A DNA stretch of 64,000 bases from Ignavibacteriales bacterium (GTDB lineage: Bacteria > Bacteroidota > Ignavibacteria > UBA10030 > UBA6906), in the NCBI GenBank assembly GCA_037441705.1, contig JBBIRR010000001.1, forward strand, positions 308,070 through 372,069, given 5' to 3'. A program made the position numbers and the translations under genes. Below are positions 19,577 to 31,522 of this stretch, in pieces; the stretch's first letter is position 1, and each line of letters opens with the position of its first letter. Under the pieces are notes generated by a model. The model saw only the letters and a program-made list of their open reading frames with translations, had not been told where the DNA came from and did not search any database.

Positions 19577-20296
19577 ATGAAAGCATCACGTCAACGGCTT
19601 ACCATCACGTGGTATGGGCATTCGGCTTTTAAACTCGAATCGCCCTCCGGCAAAGTCGTGCTGGTTGATCCATGGCTCGAAAACCCCAAAGCGCCTTCGG
19701 GCGCAAAGAATATTGACAGGGTCGATCTCATCCTCATCTCGCACGGCCATTCCGATCACGTCGGCAACGCCGTCGAAGTGGCGAAGCGAACGCAGGCGAA
19801 GGTCGTCACGATCTACGAACTGTACCTCTACCTCCAATCCCAGGGCGTCTCCTCTGCCGTGGGGATGAACAAAGGCGGAACAGTGGACGTGGACGGCATC
19901 AAAGTGACGATGACTGACGCAAGGCATAGTTGCGATATTGATGTAGACGGCAAAGTTGCCGCACCCGGCGGCGAAGCGGCGGGATTTGTTGTGAGGTTCG
20001 AGAACGGCTTCACCTTCTATCATGCGGGTGATACCGCGCTGTTCGGCGACATGCAGTTCATCGGCAAGTTCTCTGAACCCGACGTTGCGCTGCTTCCCAT
20101 CGGCGATCTCTATACGATGGGACCTCGCGAGGCTGCGGTGGCATGCGACCTCATCAAACCGGATTGCATCATCGGGATGCACTACGGGACGTTTCCCGTC
20201 CTCACCGGAACGCCCCAGCAGCTCAAGAGACATCTTCACACAAAATTTAAGAAGAAGCTGATGGAGCTGGAGCCGGGCACACCGGTGACAATGTAA
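19577..20296 (+). CDS. Metallo-beta-lactamase fold hydrolase (UPF0173-like)
   Basis: 'WYGHSAF', 'SHGHSDH', 'YHAGDT', 'LLPIGD', 'GMHYGTFP'; AGGAGG SD. Confidence 0.92.
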   Translation: MKASRQRLTITWYGHSAFKLESPSGKVVLVDPWLENPKAPSGAKNIDRVDLILISHGHSDHVGNAVEVAKRTQAKVVTIYELYLYLQSQGVSSAVGMNKGGTVDVDGIKVTMTDARHSCDIDVDGKVAAPGGEAAGFVVRFENGFTFYHAGDTALFGDMQFIGKFSEPDVALLPIGDLYTMGPREAAVACDLIKPDCIIGMHYGTFPVLTGTPQQLKRHLHTKFKKKLMELEPGTPVTM

Positions 20297-20308
20297 AGTA
20301 TCCGGCAA

Positions 20309-21214
20309 ATGGTTCAGCAGTTTTCCACGGACGAGCGTGAAGCTGTTGCAGCGCGTGCGCGCCGCCGGGTGGAAACGCTTGCGCGCCTGCATCCCTCGCG
20401 CAGCGGTATCTATCCGATGAGGCTCGCACACGCTGCCGAGTACATCGAGCAGGAGTTTCGATCGCTCGGGTGTGACGTGCAGCAGCAGCGATTTCGTGTG
20501 GAGAGCGAGGAGTTCTGCAATCTTGTGGTGGAAAAGCCGGGCATACGGGATTCGGGTACGATTGTCATCGGTGCACACTACGATACCGTCATCGGTACGC
20601 CGGGCGCCGATGATAATGCCAGTGGAGTTGCTGCAATGTTGGAGCTGGCCGGCCTCTTGCAGAAGACCCCTCTGCAACACGCCGTCACGATCGTGGCATA
20701 TGCGAATGAAGAGCCGCCGTACTTTCACTCGGCACACATGGGTAGCCGCCATCATGCCGGCATGCTGAGGAAATCCGGAAGACACGTGCGGCTCATGCTC
20801 GCACTCGAAATGGTAGGCTATGCCGGCGACACGCTGAGGCAAGCGTACCCGTTTCCCGGACTGCGGCAACTCGGGAGATATCCCGCATGCGGTAACTTCA
20901 TCGCCGTTGTCGGCAATCTCCATACACGCAGGCTGACGCGTGTTGTACGCGATGCAATGCGAGCAGGAGCGAACATCGGCGTCGAGAGTCTTGCCGCGCC
21001 CGGATTCCTTCCGCCGCTGTTTCTCTCCGACCATGCCTCGTATTGGAAGTACGGCTTTCCCGCGGTGATGATTACCGATACGGCGTTCCTCCGCAATCCC
21101 CACTATCACCAGCCATCCGACACTGCAGACACACTCAACTATGCTTTCCTTGCTGAAGTGATTGTGGGAGTGTATGCTGCTGTCCTGACGATTGATCACC
21201 TCCACCACGCGTGA
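20309..21214 (+). CDS. M28 family metallopeptidase
   Basis: 'GAHYD', 'PGADDNASG', 'NEEPP', 'SDH', 'NPHYH...DT'. Confidence 0.9.
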   Translation: MVQQFSTDEREAVAARARRRVETLARLHPSRSGIYPMRLAHAAEYIEQEFRSLGCDVQQQRFRVESEEFCNLVVEKPGIRDSGTIVIGAHYDTVIGTPGADDNASGVAAMLELAGLLQKTPLQHAVTIVAYANEEPPYFHSAHMGSRHHAGMLRKSGRHVRLMLALEMVGYAGDTLRQAYPFPGLRQLGRYPACGNFIAVVGNLHTRRLTRVVRDAMRAGANIGVESLAAPGFLPPLFLSDHASYWKYGFPAVMITDTAFLRNPHYHQPSDTADTLNYAFLAEVIVGVYAAVLTIDHLHHA

Positions 21215-21220
21215 GAGCAC

Positions 21221-21955
21221 ATGCCCCCGACCTTGCGCATCGGCTGCTGCGGGTGGAGTTACTTGAACGAGCATGACTTCGACCACCTGCTTACGCAACC
21301 GTACCGCTCAAAGCTGCAAGCGTACGCGCAGCTCTTCCCTGCCGTCGAGATCAACTCGACCTTCTATCGTCTTCCACGTTTGAGCACGGCAGAAAAATGG
21401 CGAACCGAAGCGGACGAGATCACCTCAGCCTTTGAGTTCACCGTCAAAGCATACCAGGGAATCACACATCTTCATCGCTTCAAGGGGAAGGAAGCGATCG
21501 CCCAGTTCAATACGCTCACAGAGCTTTGCCGTGCGCTGAGAGCGCGCGTGCTGCTCTTCCAGTCGCCGGCAAGTTTCACACCGACGAAGGTAAACATCGA
21601 GGCGATGGAAAAGTTTTTCCGGACGATTGATCGAGGATCGCTGCTGTGCGCGTGGGAGCCGCGCGGGCGCTGGTATGATGAGCCGGTCCGCATCGCGGAC
21701 GTTTGCGCTTCATGCAAGCTGATCCATTGCGTTGATCCGCTGCGAAACGATCCGGCACTTGCACAGAGCGTCGCCTACTACCGACTGCACGGCTTCGGCC
21801 AGCCGAGCATGTACAGATATGATTTTTCTCGAAACGAACTTCAACGCCTTCTCAACATCATTCAGGCACTTCCGAAGTCAACCAAGGACGTGTACGTGTT
21901 CTTCAACAACGTGGAGTGTTATAGGAATGGGCGGGAGTTCATGCACATGACATAG
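21221..21955 (+). CDS. DUF72 (YecE-like) protein
   Basis: 'IGCCGWSY', 'VEINSTFY', 'FTVKA', 'LFQSP', 'WEPRG', 'YYRLHG', 'YVFFNN'. Confidence 0.92.
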   Translation: MPPTLRIGCCGWSYLNEHDFDHLLTQPYRSKLQAYAQLFPAVEINSTFYRLPRLSTAEKWRTEADEITSAFEFTVKAYQGITHLHRFKGKEAIAQFNTLTELCRALRARVLLFQSPASFTPTKVNIEAMEKFFRTIDRGSLLCAWEPRGRWYDEPVRIADVCASCKLIHCVDPLRNDPALAQSVAYYRLHGFGQPSMYRYDFSRNELQRLLNIIQALPKSTKDVYVFFNNVECYRNGREFMHMT

Positions 21956-21992
21956 AAGTCGGCACGCGCTTCCGCTCACGCACAATCAGCCG

Positions 21993-22028
21993 AAAAAAAA
22001 AGTCCTGCATCAGAATGACACAGGACTT
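21993..22028 (-). terminator. Terminator downstream of clpC
   Basis: AAGTCCTG...CAGGACTT stem preceded by an A tract (U tract on the minus strand). Confidence 0.7.
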
Positions 22029-22052
22029 CTTGCGTTGAGCGAAAGCCTCGGA

Positions 22053-24551
<2,499 letters not shown>

Positions 24552-24681
24552 TCTAATCCTTTACTCTACTCGCACAACGGATATGGTTTGAACGCTTCGA
24601 TGTATTCTCAGTTGGTTATCGTCAGAATCCGTAACGTCACTTAGCGCCGGGATGGTTCCGAATCACAATAGTTCCGGCTAA

Positions 24682-24711
24682 AATATACGTAAATCGTCAA
24701 ACTAAAGTCAA
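24682..24711 (-). promoter_or_regulatory. Putative clpC promoter
   Basis: Minus strand TTGACT-18 nt-TATATT. Confidence 0.5.
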
Positions 24712-24891
24712 TCAACCCTGCTGCGACCCGGGCACTGCCGGGAATGTGAGACACGGCAAAGGCGGAAGTCGCCTCGTTGGTTTTTCCTGCTCAAACGGCT
24801 ATATTGGGTTCGCCTCGGCGCGGCACTGCGGATGGCATTGTGCGTCGGGCAAACGTAACGCATCCAAGATTCGTACGGAGTCACCAAGACG

Positions 24892-26091
24892 ATGGCACCA
24901 GAGACTGCACCACGGAAATCGAAACTGCGTGAGTTCGGTAAGGGACTTCTTCTCACCGTTAGTTCGCTTGTCGTGTGCGTTATCATCCTGGAGATCGTTG
25001 TGCGACTGATGGAACCACGGGAAGTGATGCGGTACTTCTATTCGCAGGACGATCCGATCCTTCATCATCGCTTCAAACCGAATGCCGTGGGTTGGTACAA
25101 GACAAACGAGTTTTATACCGACTACAAAATCAATTCACTCGGATTGCGGGACAAGGAATACAGCCTCGAAAAACCCGCTGGAACGTTTCGGATTTTGATG
25201 TTGGGTGACTCCTTCACTGAAGGAGACGGGGTTTTCAGCAACGAGACGTTCTCGAAGCGATTGGAACAGAAGCTGCAGGCTCTCTCTGGCCCTGCGCACT
25301 ACGAGGTCATTAACGCCGGCGTCGGCAGCTATTCGCCGCTCCTTGAGTTCTTGTATTTGAAGAATTTCGGACTACAACTCCATCCGGACCTCGTAATTCT
25401 GAACTTCGACCTTTCGGATGTCTACGATGATTACACATACACCGCCTTAGCGCAGTTCGATGCGAACGGCGTACCCGTGGCCGTCCGCCCCGAGCCTGAA
25501 GAACGAGGCCTGCTGCGAGGACCCGTTGCAGCCCTCAAGGATTGGTTCAAGAACAACATGCAGCTGTATAACTTCATTCGCATTCGGATCACGCCTCAGA
25601 TCGAATTGATGAAGCGGGGGGAGGGGAATTTCAACGGCGACATCCGCCGCGACAAGTACGCGCTGCTGCGCGAATCCTACGTTGATAACGACAGCAACTG
25701 GGCACTCTCCCATAAGTACCTGCTGTTGATTCGCGATCTGCTGAAGGAACACGGCGTAGATTTCTGGCTCACGGTCTACCCGTACGGTCTGCAGGTTCAC
25801 CCCAAGGAGTGGAAGTCCGGACGCGAGTATTGGCAGTTCAGGCAGGATACAGTCTACTCGACATGGCCGCAGGAGAAGCTGGAACGCTGGGCAACAGCCA
25901 ACGGCATCAAAGCAATCAACCTGTGCCCGGACTTTCTTGAGCGATCCAGGACCGTTTTCCCCCTGTTTCTCGACAACAACGGCCACTGGGTGGCGGCAGG
26001 TCATGAGGTGGTTGCCGATGCGTTATATCGAAATCTTCTGCCCTACCTGCACGACCGGGAAAGGCTCGCCCAGCACGATACGCTGCACTGA
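24892..26091 (+). CDS. Membrane-anchored SGNH/GDSL hydrolase family protein
   Basis: N-terminal TM helix; 'INSLGLRD', 'LGDSFTEG', 'NAGVGSY', 'DNNGHWVAAGH'. Confidence 0.88.
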   Translation: MAPETAPRKSKLREFGKGLLLTVSSLVVCVIILEIVVRLMEPREVMRYFYSQDDPILHHRFKPNAVGWYKTNEFYTDYKINSLGLRDKEYSLEKPAGTFRILMLGDSFTEGDGVFSNETFSKRLEQKLQALSGPAHYEVINAGVGSYSPLLEFLYLKNFGLQLHPDLVILNFDLSDVYDDYTYTALAQFDANGVPVAVRPEPEERGLLRGPVAALKDWFKNNMQLYNFIRIRITPQIELMKRGEGNFNGDIRRDKYALLRESYVDNDSNWALSHKYLLLIRDLLKEHGVDFWLTVYPYGLQVHPKEWKSGREYWQFRQDTVYSTWPQEKLERWATANGIKAINLCPDFLERSRTVFPLFLDNNGHWVAAGHEVVADALYRNLLPYLHDRERLAQHDTLH

Positions 26092-26102
26092 CGCGGCCGA
26101 CG

Positions 26103-26139
26103 AAAAAGTGCGAAGCCCCGGAATCGTCCGAGGCTTCGC
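26103..26139 (-). terminator. Terminator of the sigma54 activator gene
   Basis: GCGAAGCC...GGCTTCGC stem with an A5 tract on the left. Confidence 0.65.
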
Positions 26140-26167
26140 TCAGCAAACCACAATCGCACGAACGAGA

Positions 26168-27544
26168 TTACTTGCCCTCTAAGCGCCAATCAAAGCTGTG
26201 AAGCTTGTTGTGGAGCGTCTTTCTGCTGACGCCGAGTATGCGGGCCGCTTTCGCCTTGTTGTTTCCCACCGACGCAAGCGTTTCAAGAATGAGTTTCTTC
26301 TCCGCTTCCTCGACAGAGCTGCCGATGGGAATGCTGATGTGCATGATCTCGCTCTGGGTCTTGAGAATTTTCTCCGGCAAATCGAGCACCGAGATCGACT
26401 CGCCCGGGCAAATCACGACCGCTCGCTCGATCGCATTGCGCAGCTCACGCACGTTGCCGGGCCAATGATACGACTGCAGCATCTCGATGTACTCGGCAGT
26501 GAATCCTTTCATCTCCTTGCCATACTTCAGACTGAAGAGACGAAGGAAGTGCATTGCAAGCGGTAGAATGTCTTGCCGCCGGGCGCGCAGCGGCGGGAGC
26601 TCCAACTCCACAACACTCAGCCGATAGTAGAGGTCCGAACGCAGGATGCCCTGATCGAGCGCGCTGGTGACTTCTCTGTTCGTCGCTGCGATGATCCGAA
26701 CGTCCACGTTGATCTCGTTCCGTCCGCCGAGCCGGCGAAAGGATTGCTCCTCGATCGCTCGCAGAAGTTTCGCTTGCGTCTCCGTGCTCATCTCCCCGAT
26801 CTCATCAAGGAAGAGTGTTCCGCCATCTGCCAGTTCGAAGCATCCGGGCTTTTGGTTCAGCGCGCCCGTGAATGCTCCTTTCTCATGACCGAACAACTCG
26901 TTTTCCAAAATGTCCTTCGGCAGGGCAGCGCAATTGATGGCAATGAACGGTTTTGTTGCTCGCTTGCTCTTGGCATGAAGTGCCTTTGCGACGAGTTCCT
27001 TTCCCGTGCCGCTCTCACCCCAGATGAACACGTTGGCATCCGACGGAGCAACGGTGTTGATCGTCTGGCGGATGGCAACCATTTGCGGGCTTTCACCGAC
27101 AATCTCCTCGAAGCTCGTGAGCGCCCGGTTGCGTTCCTCGGCTCGCCGCTCCGCCCTCTTCTGCTGATACAGCGCAAGCGCCTCTTCGGTGGACTGCACC
27201 AGGCGATGCAGGTCGACGGGCGCGACCAGAACGTCGAACGCACCGCCCTTCATAAAGCGGACTGCCTCGTTCACATCAGCCCGGTCGGCCACAACAATCA
27301 CCTGCGTCAACTGCTGTTTGTCAGCGAGGTGCTTCAGCAGCTGGTTGCTGGCGATGGCCGGGTGCGTAGTCGAAACGACGATCAGCCCGTACTCCATCCC
27401 CTGAATGTGATCGAGGATATTCGAAGGTTCAGGAAGAAGCGTTACGGAATAATCCATTCCGTTTGAGTGCGCCGAAAGTGATTGCGCATACGCCTCAAGG
27501 TCCTTCGTAAAAAGAATCGCCGGTCGATTCCTTTGCGTTGCCAG
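26168..27544 (-). CDS. Sigma54-dependent enhancer-binding protein (NtrC family) with degenerate receiver domain; probable CTG start (alternative ATG 27457)
   Basis: GESGTGKE, GAFTGA, LFLDEIGE, 'WPGNVRELRN', Fis-type HTH; AAGGAGG 6 nt before an in-frame CTG at 27544. Confidence 0.9.
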   Translation of the reverse strand: MATQRNRPAILFTKDLEAYAQSLSAHSNGMDYSVTLLPEPSNILDHIQGMEYGLIVVSTTHPAIASNQLLKHLADKQQLTQVIVVADRADVNEAVRFMKGGAFDVLVAPVDLHRLVQSTEEALALYQQKRAERRAEERNRALTSFEEIVGESPQMVAIRQTINTVAPSDANVFIWGESGTGKELVAKALHAKSKRATKPFIAINCAALPKDILENELFGHEKGAFTGALNQKPGCFELADGGTLFLDEIGEMSTETQAKLLRAIEEQSFRRLGGRNEINVDVRIIAATNREVTSALDQGILRSDLYYRLSVVELELPPLRARRQDILPLAMHFLRLFSLKYGKEMKGFTAEYIEMLQSYHWPGNVRELRNAIERAVVICPGESISVLDLPEKILKTQSEIMHISIPIGSSVEEAEKKLILETLASVGNNKAKAARILGVSRKTLHNKLHSFDWRLEGK

Positions 27545-27956
27545 ATGAATCCTCCTTGGGGGCTATCTTTAGAGTTTATGCGACAATGACGATTCGGTCT
27601 TCCCGATGGTCGGACGGTGGTTCCGCGAGAAGGCCTCGCTGCACATTATGGGTGTCCGTGCCTTCTGTGCAGGAAGTAGTCAAATCGAGTAAAAAAGTTA
27701 CACAAGGCGACACCATTATAGGCTATTCGCGAGGTTCAGAGAATGACTATAATCACAAGGAACGCCCAACCGCTAAGCAAAACCCACCGCCCGACTCATT
27801 TCGATGACAAATATTGCCAGAGAGACATTGAAAAGCAAGTAAATTGTTCTACCACCCTGCATAGTGTTTCCAATGTATGTTCCACAAGGGGCGGTTTGTG
27901 TGTCGCTAATTTTTTTTGTAATGTGGGAAGGAACAGCTCACCAGCCCAAACGACAC

Positions 27957-30900
27957 ATGGCTATTGTCCTTTCGCTGTCGGGTCAACGAAGCGGAATCCC
28001 TGACCGTATACAGCACGCAAGGTACGAGAGCTTTATCCTGATCGTTCCTACCAAACGACGCATTCGACATCTGCTTCGTGAGCTTACCTCACGGTGTGGC
28101 ACCGCACTTCCGGAGTTACCCGTTTTCACGCTCGGCACCTTGGCCGCTCGTATTCTCGAGAGAGCCTTTCCCGCGAGCCGTTTGGTGGACGAGTCTATTC
28201 AAGCGCTTCTCTTCCATCAAGCCGTTCTTGATGCACGCAGCAGCCTCGGCTATTTTCATGTTCGAGGCAGGTTTCCAGCCCTGCCGATGGGGACGCTGGA
28301 AAAAATCACCAATGTCATCCGCAATCTCAAAGAAAACGGTATCAGTCCCGCCGCGCTTCAAGATGAGCTGAGCATGGAGGATCCGGACGAGCACACAAAG
28401 CTTCGCGACATCATCACGATCTATTCCGCCTACGAGAAGCGTCTCGAAACCATTCAGGGGTTTGACGCTGAAGGAATGTTTCAACTTCTTGCACGCGACT
28501 GTTCCGCCCAGCTCTTTCACCGGACATTCCGTGAGCTTTTCCCTCACGTCGAAGAAATCTCCATTGTGGGTTTTGATGAGTTCACGGAGCCTGAGCTTGG
28601 CTTCATTCACAAACTCTGCGCGCTCGCCATTCCCCTATCGCTCGAGTTCGATTTCGAAAGAGGCAACAGCGCGCTGTTCGGACATCTTGAACAGAACTAC
28701 AACCGGTTTCTCGAATTGGGGTTCCGTCACGTTCCTTCCGTTGAGGGCAGCAATAATCACGATAGCCTTGCAGCGGGTCCTCAGCTTTCGCTGTTTCAGC
28801 ACGAGCATGCAAAACCCACGCGGCACGCCATTGTCCGACACCTTGCAGGGACATTGTTCAAGCGGAACGTGTCCGAACGACTGGATTGTACTTCTTCTAT
28901 CACCATCGCGAAAGCGCACGATCGCGTGCGCGAAGTTCAGTTGATTTGTTCGTTGGTGAAGGATCACCTTTTGCGGAATCCGGGCCGAGACCCCAGCCGC
29001 ATCTGCGTCGCAATGTACAGGCCGCAACTGTACACACACATTTTGCGCGAGCAGTGTAGGAAGTACGGCATCCCGGCAAATATCACCGACCGCTACAAGC
29101 TCTCGCACGCACCGGTGATTGCTGCAATCATCGGACTTCTGGATATCCCCGCACGTGATTACCGACGCGACGACGTTCTCCGAGCCATCGGTTCATCTTA
29201 CTTCGAGTTCACACACGACGGCAAAGCGCTTGACCCGACAACTCTGGCAACGGTTTCTCTCGAGGAGCGCATTGTTGGAGGTTTGCACTCGTGGCACACG
29301 AGAATCGAGCAAAGGCTGAAGCAGCTTCGCGAAGGGATTGCCGACGATGAGCCGGAGCGCGAACGCCGCCGCCGAACTCACCGCCTGACGCAACTGCAGA
29401 AAGCACAACAGGACCTACGTTTGCTGGAAGCCCTGTTGCACGAGATTGCCGCCGAGCAGACCCCCGCAGAGTTTCGCAGGAATGTTCAACTGCTCCTTGA
29501 ACGCCTCCACCTGCCCCAACGAATCGTTGCAAACGCATCACGAGGAGCTGCAGAGTTGGTGGAAAAGGATGCGCGGGCGTACGCTGCATTCCTGGAGGTC
29601 GTAGAGCACACGGCGCATCTCCTTGAGTATCAGGAAGGAAAACAGAAGAAACATCCACTTCGTTTGTACCTGGAACACCTGAAGGTTGCCGTATCGCAGG
29701 AACGCTACAACATCCGTGAGCAGCCCGGGCAGGGTGTTCTTATCACCTCCATCGAAGAAACACGTGGACTGCCGGTTGACGTGATGATTGTTGCCGGACT
29801 TGTCGATGGGGAGTTTCCTTCCGTGTACCAGTCGGAGTTGTTCTTCAGCACCAGGCGACTGAAGGAGCGCGAGCGCCGGCACCGATGGGAAAACCGCTAT
29901 TTGTTCTATCAGGCAATAACGAATTGGACAGACCACCTTTATCTCACGTTTCCTGAACAAGATGCCGATCTTGATCTGGTCCGTTCGAGCTTCATTGATG
30001 CACTGAGGGCCGTTGCTTCCGTGGACGAGTGGGAGTATCCCGAGCGTTCTCCTTTTGCCTCAACGTGCTCCTCAGAGGAGGAATTTCTTCGATACGCCGG
30101 GCAGGCAATCGCCACAGGAGCCTCGCTGCCGACAGCGGCGCCTGCAGCACTGCACGAAAAACTTTCTGTAGCACGTCAGGCAATTGCGGTGGAGCAAAGT
30201 CGAACAGCCCGACACGACCTACCGCACTATGAAGGGCTTCTTCACTCCGCTGCTTCGGATGAAACGAGGCTGTTCCTCCAGCAGCTCAAACAGCAGGTGT
30301 ATTCGATCAGTCAGCTTGAGAGCTATGCAGAATGTCCGTATCGGTTCTTCGCGCAGCGAATTCTGGGGCTGAGTCCGCTGGAAGAACTTGAGGAAGAACT
30401 ATCGCCGCTGGAACGAGGCTCTCTGCTTCATGAGATCATGTTCGAATTCTATACCGAACGGCGTGAGCAGAAGCTCCCGCCGATTGCGGCATGCACCGAT
30501 GAGGAGTTTGACGTTGCCCTGCGACGTCTGGTGGAAATTGCCAGGCGGAAACTCGAAGAGATTGATATTCCCGACGCGTTCTGGGAGCTTGACAAGGAAC
30601 TGCTTCTCGGGGCAAAGGATGCAGAGAGCGGGTTATTGCACGAGTTTCTCGCCTTCGAACGCAGGCGCACAACATCACTCATCCCGCGGTATTTCGAAGT
30701 CGGCTTCGGCGCGAAACTCAGCGAGTACACGCGCGTCGATCCGACCTTCTCCACCGAGGAGCCGATTGCTGCAGGCAATGTTCTTCTGCGAGGCAAGATC
30801 GATCGCGTGGAGATGGACGACGAGACGTTCACGGTCATTGACTACAAATCGGGTATCCGGATTCCAAAGCTGGAGGACATCCGCAAGGGGATGAGCTTGC

Positions 30901-31265
30901 AGCTTCCGCTTTATCTCTATACCATAGAACGGCTCTTGCACGGCAGCCGGGTGCCCGCGGGCGGTGCGTATTATCTCTTGCGGCGACCCGTGAGTTTGAA
31001 GTCCGGCCTCGTCCGCAAGGACGCACAAGATGCCTTCGGCGTGAGCGCGCGTGGTGGCAACGTGGTTCCGGACGAGAATGGTCTGCGAGAGCTGATTGAC
31101 GATGCAATCGGCCATGTCAATCGCTATGTCGAGGCAATGGCAGAAGGGAAATTCCCTCTCACCGCTGCGGAGAACATCGACCAGGTGTGCACCTACTGTG
31201 ACTTCAAGAAGATCTGTCGGATTCAAACGGTCCATCATCTTACATCCCCAACGGAGGAATCATGA
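27957..31265 (+). CDS. AddB/RexB-like helicase-nuclease subunit with PD-(D/E)XK nuclease and Fe-S cysteines
   Basis: 'SISQLESYAECPYRFF', 'RGSLLH', 'LRGKIDRVE', 'VIDYKSG', 'QLPLY', 'CTYCDFKKIC'; degenerate helicase N-terminal region. Confidence 0.85.
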   Translation: MAIVLSLSGQRSGIPDRIQHARYESFILIVPTKRRIRHLLRELTSRCGTALPELPVFTLGTLAARILERAFPASRLVDESIQALLFHQAVLDARSSLGYFHVRGRFPALPMGTLEKITNVIRNLKENGISPAALQDELSMEDPDEHTKLRDIITIYSAYEKRLETIQGFDAEGMFQLLARDCSAQLFHRTFRELFPHVEEISIVGFDEFTEPELGFIHKLCALAIPLSLEFDFERGNSALFGHLEQNYNRFLELGFRHVPSVEGSNNHDSLAAGPQLSLFQHEHAKPTRHAIVRHLAGTLFKRNVSERLDCTSSITIAKAHDRVREVQLICSLVKDHLLRNPGRDPSRICVAMYRPQLYTHILREQCRKYGIPANITDRYKLSHAPVIAAIIGLLDIPARDYRRDDVLRAIGSSYFEFTHDGKALDPTTLATVSLEERIVGGLHSWHTRIEQRLKQLREGIADDEPERERRRRTHRLTQLQKAQQDLRLLEALLHEIAAEQTPAEFRRNVQLLLERLHLPQRIVANASRGAAELVEKDARAYAAFLEVVEHTAHLLEYQEGKQKKHPLRLYLEHLKVAVSQERYNIREQPGQGVLITSIEETRGLPVDVMIVAGLVDGEFPSVYQSELFFSTRRLKERERRHRWENRYLFYQAITNWTDHLYLTFPEQDADLDLVRSSFIDALRAVASVDEWEYPERSPFASTCSSEEEFLRYAGQAIATGASLPTAAPAALHEKLSVARQAIAVEQSRTARHDLPHYEGLLHSAASDETRLFLQQLKQQVYSISQLESYAECPYRFFAQRILGLSPLEELEEELSPLERGSLLHEIMFEFYTERREQKLPPIAACTDEEFDVALRRLVEIARRKLEEIDIPDAFWELDKELLLGAKDAESGLLHEFLAFERRRTTSLIPRYFEVGFGAKLSEYTRVDPTFSTEEPIAAGNVLLRGKIDRVEMDDETFTVIDYKSGIRIPKLEDIRKGMSLQLPLYLYTIERLLHGSRVPAGGAYYLLRRPVSLKSGLVRKDAQDAFGVSARGGNVVPDENGLRELIDDAIGHVNRYVEAMAEGKFPLTAAENIDQVCTYCDFKKICRIQTVHHLTSPTEES

Positions 31266-31489
31266 CACATCCAGAACAGAAAGCGATCATCCGGGAGTTG
31301 AGAGACTACGAAAGCAAGATGACACGGGACGAGCAGGAAGATTATCGGATGTACGTCAAGCGCGACAAAGACGATGAAGACCTTGACGAGCTATCGAAGA
31401 AGAAGCTCATGGCGATGTACGAGAAGTATGTCGTGAACCGACCTCGCAAGGTCGTCACATCGCCGTTTGGCGATACATACAAACAATAA
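31262..31489 (+). CDS. Small charged hypothetical protein (75 aa)
   Basis: GGAGG SD and ATGA overlap with the upstream stop; helical, charged composition. Confidence 0.75.
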   Translation: MTHPEQKAIIRELRDYESKMTRDEQEDYRMYVKRDKDDEDLDELSKKKLMAMYEKYVVNRPRKVVTSPFGDTYKQ

Positions 31490-31522
31490 TTCTCTGACTG
31501 CGCGAATACAAAGGACCACAGC

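Noticed and set aside
19586-21298. 570-aa minus-strand ORF and many other long antisense or alternate-frame ORFs (e.g. 58458-60515, 46292-47740, 55919-57379)
   Set aside because: They shadow well-supported genes in GC-rich DNA and show no recognisable motifs.
24694-24712. GTCAA direct repeat over the clpC promoter resembling a CtsR box
   Set aside because: The period is 11 nt rather than 10, one copy is just the -35 hexamer, and there is no ctsR/mcsAB in the window.
27558-27956. GTAA-N5-TTAC-like sites and small ORFs between the activator and the addB-like gene
   Set aside because: Matches are short and degenerate in AT-rich promoter DNA, and the ORFs lack SD or motifs.
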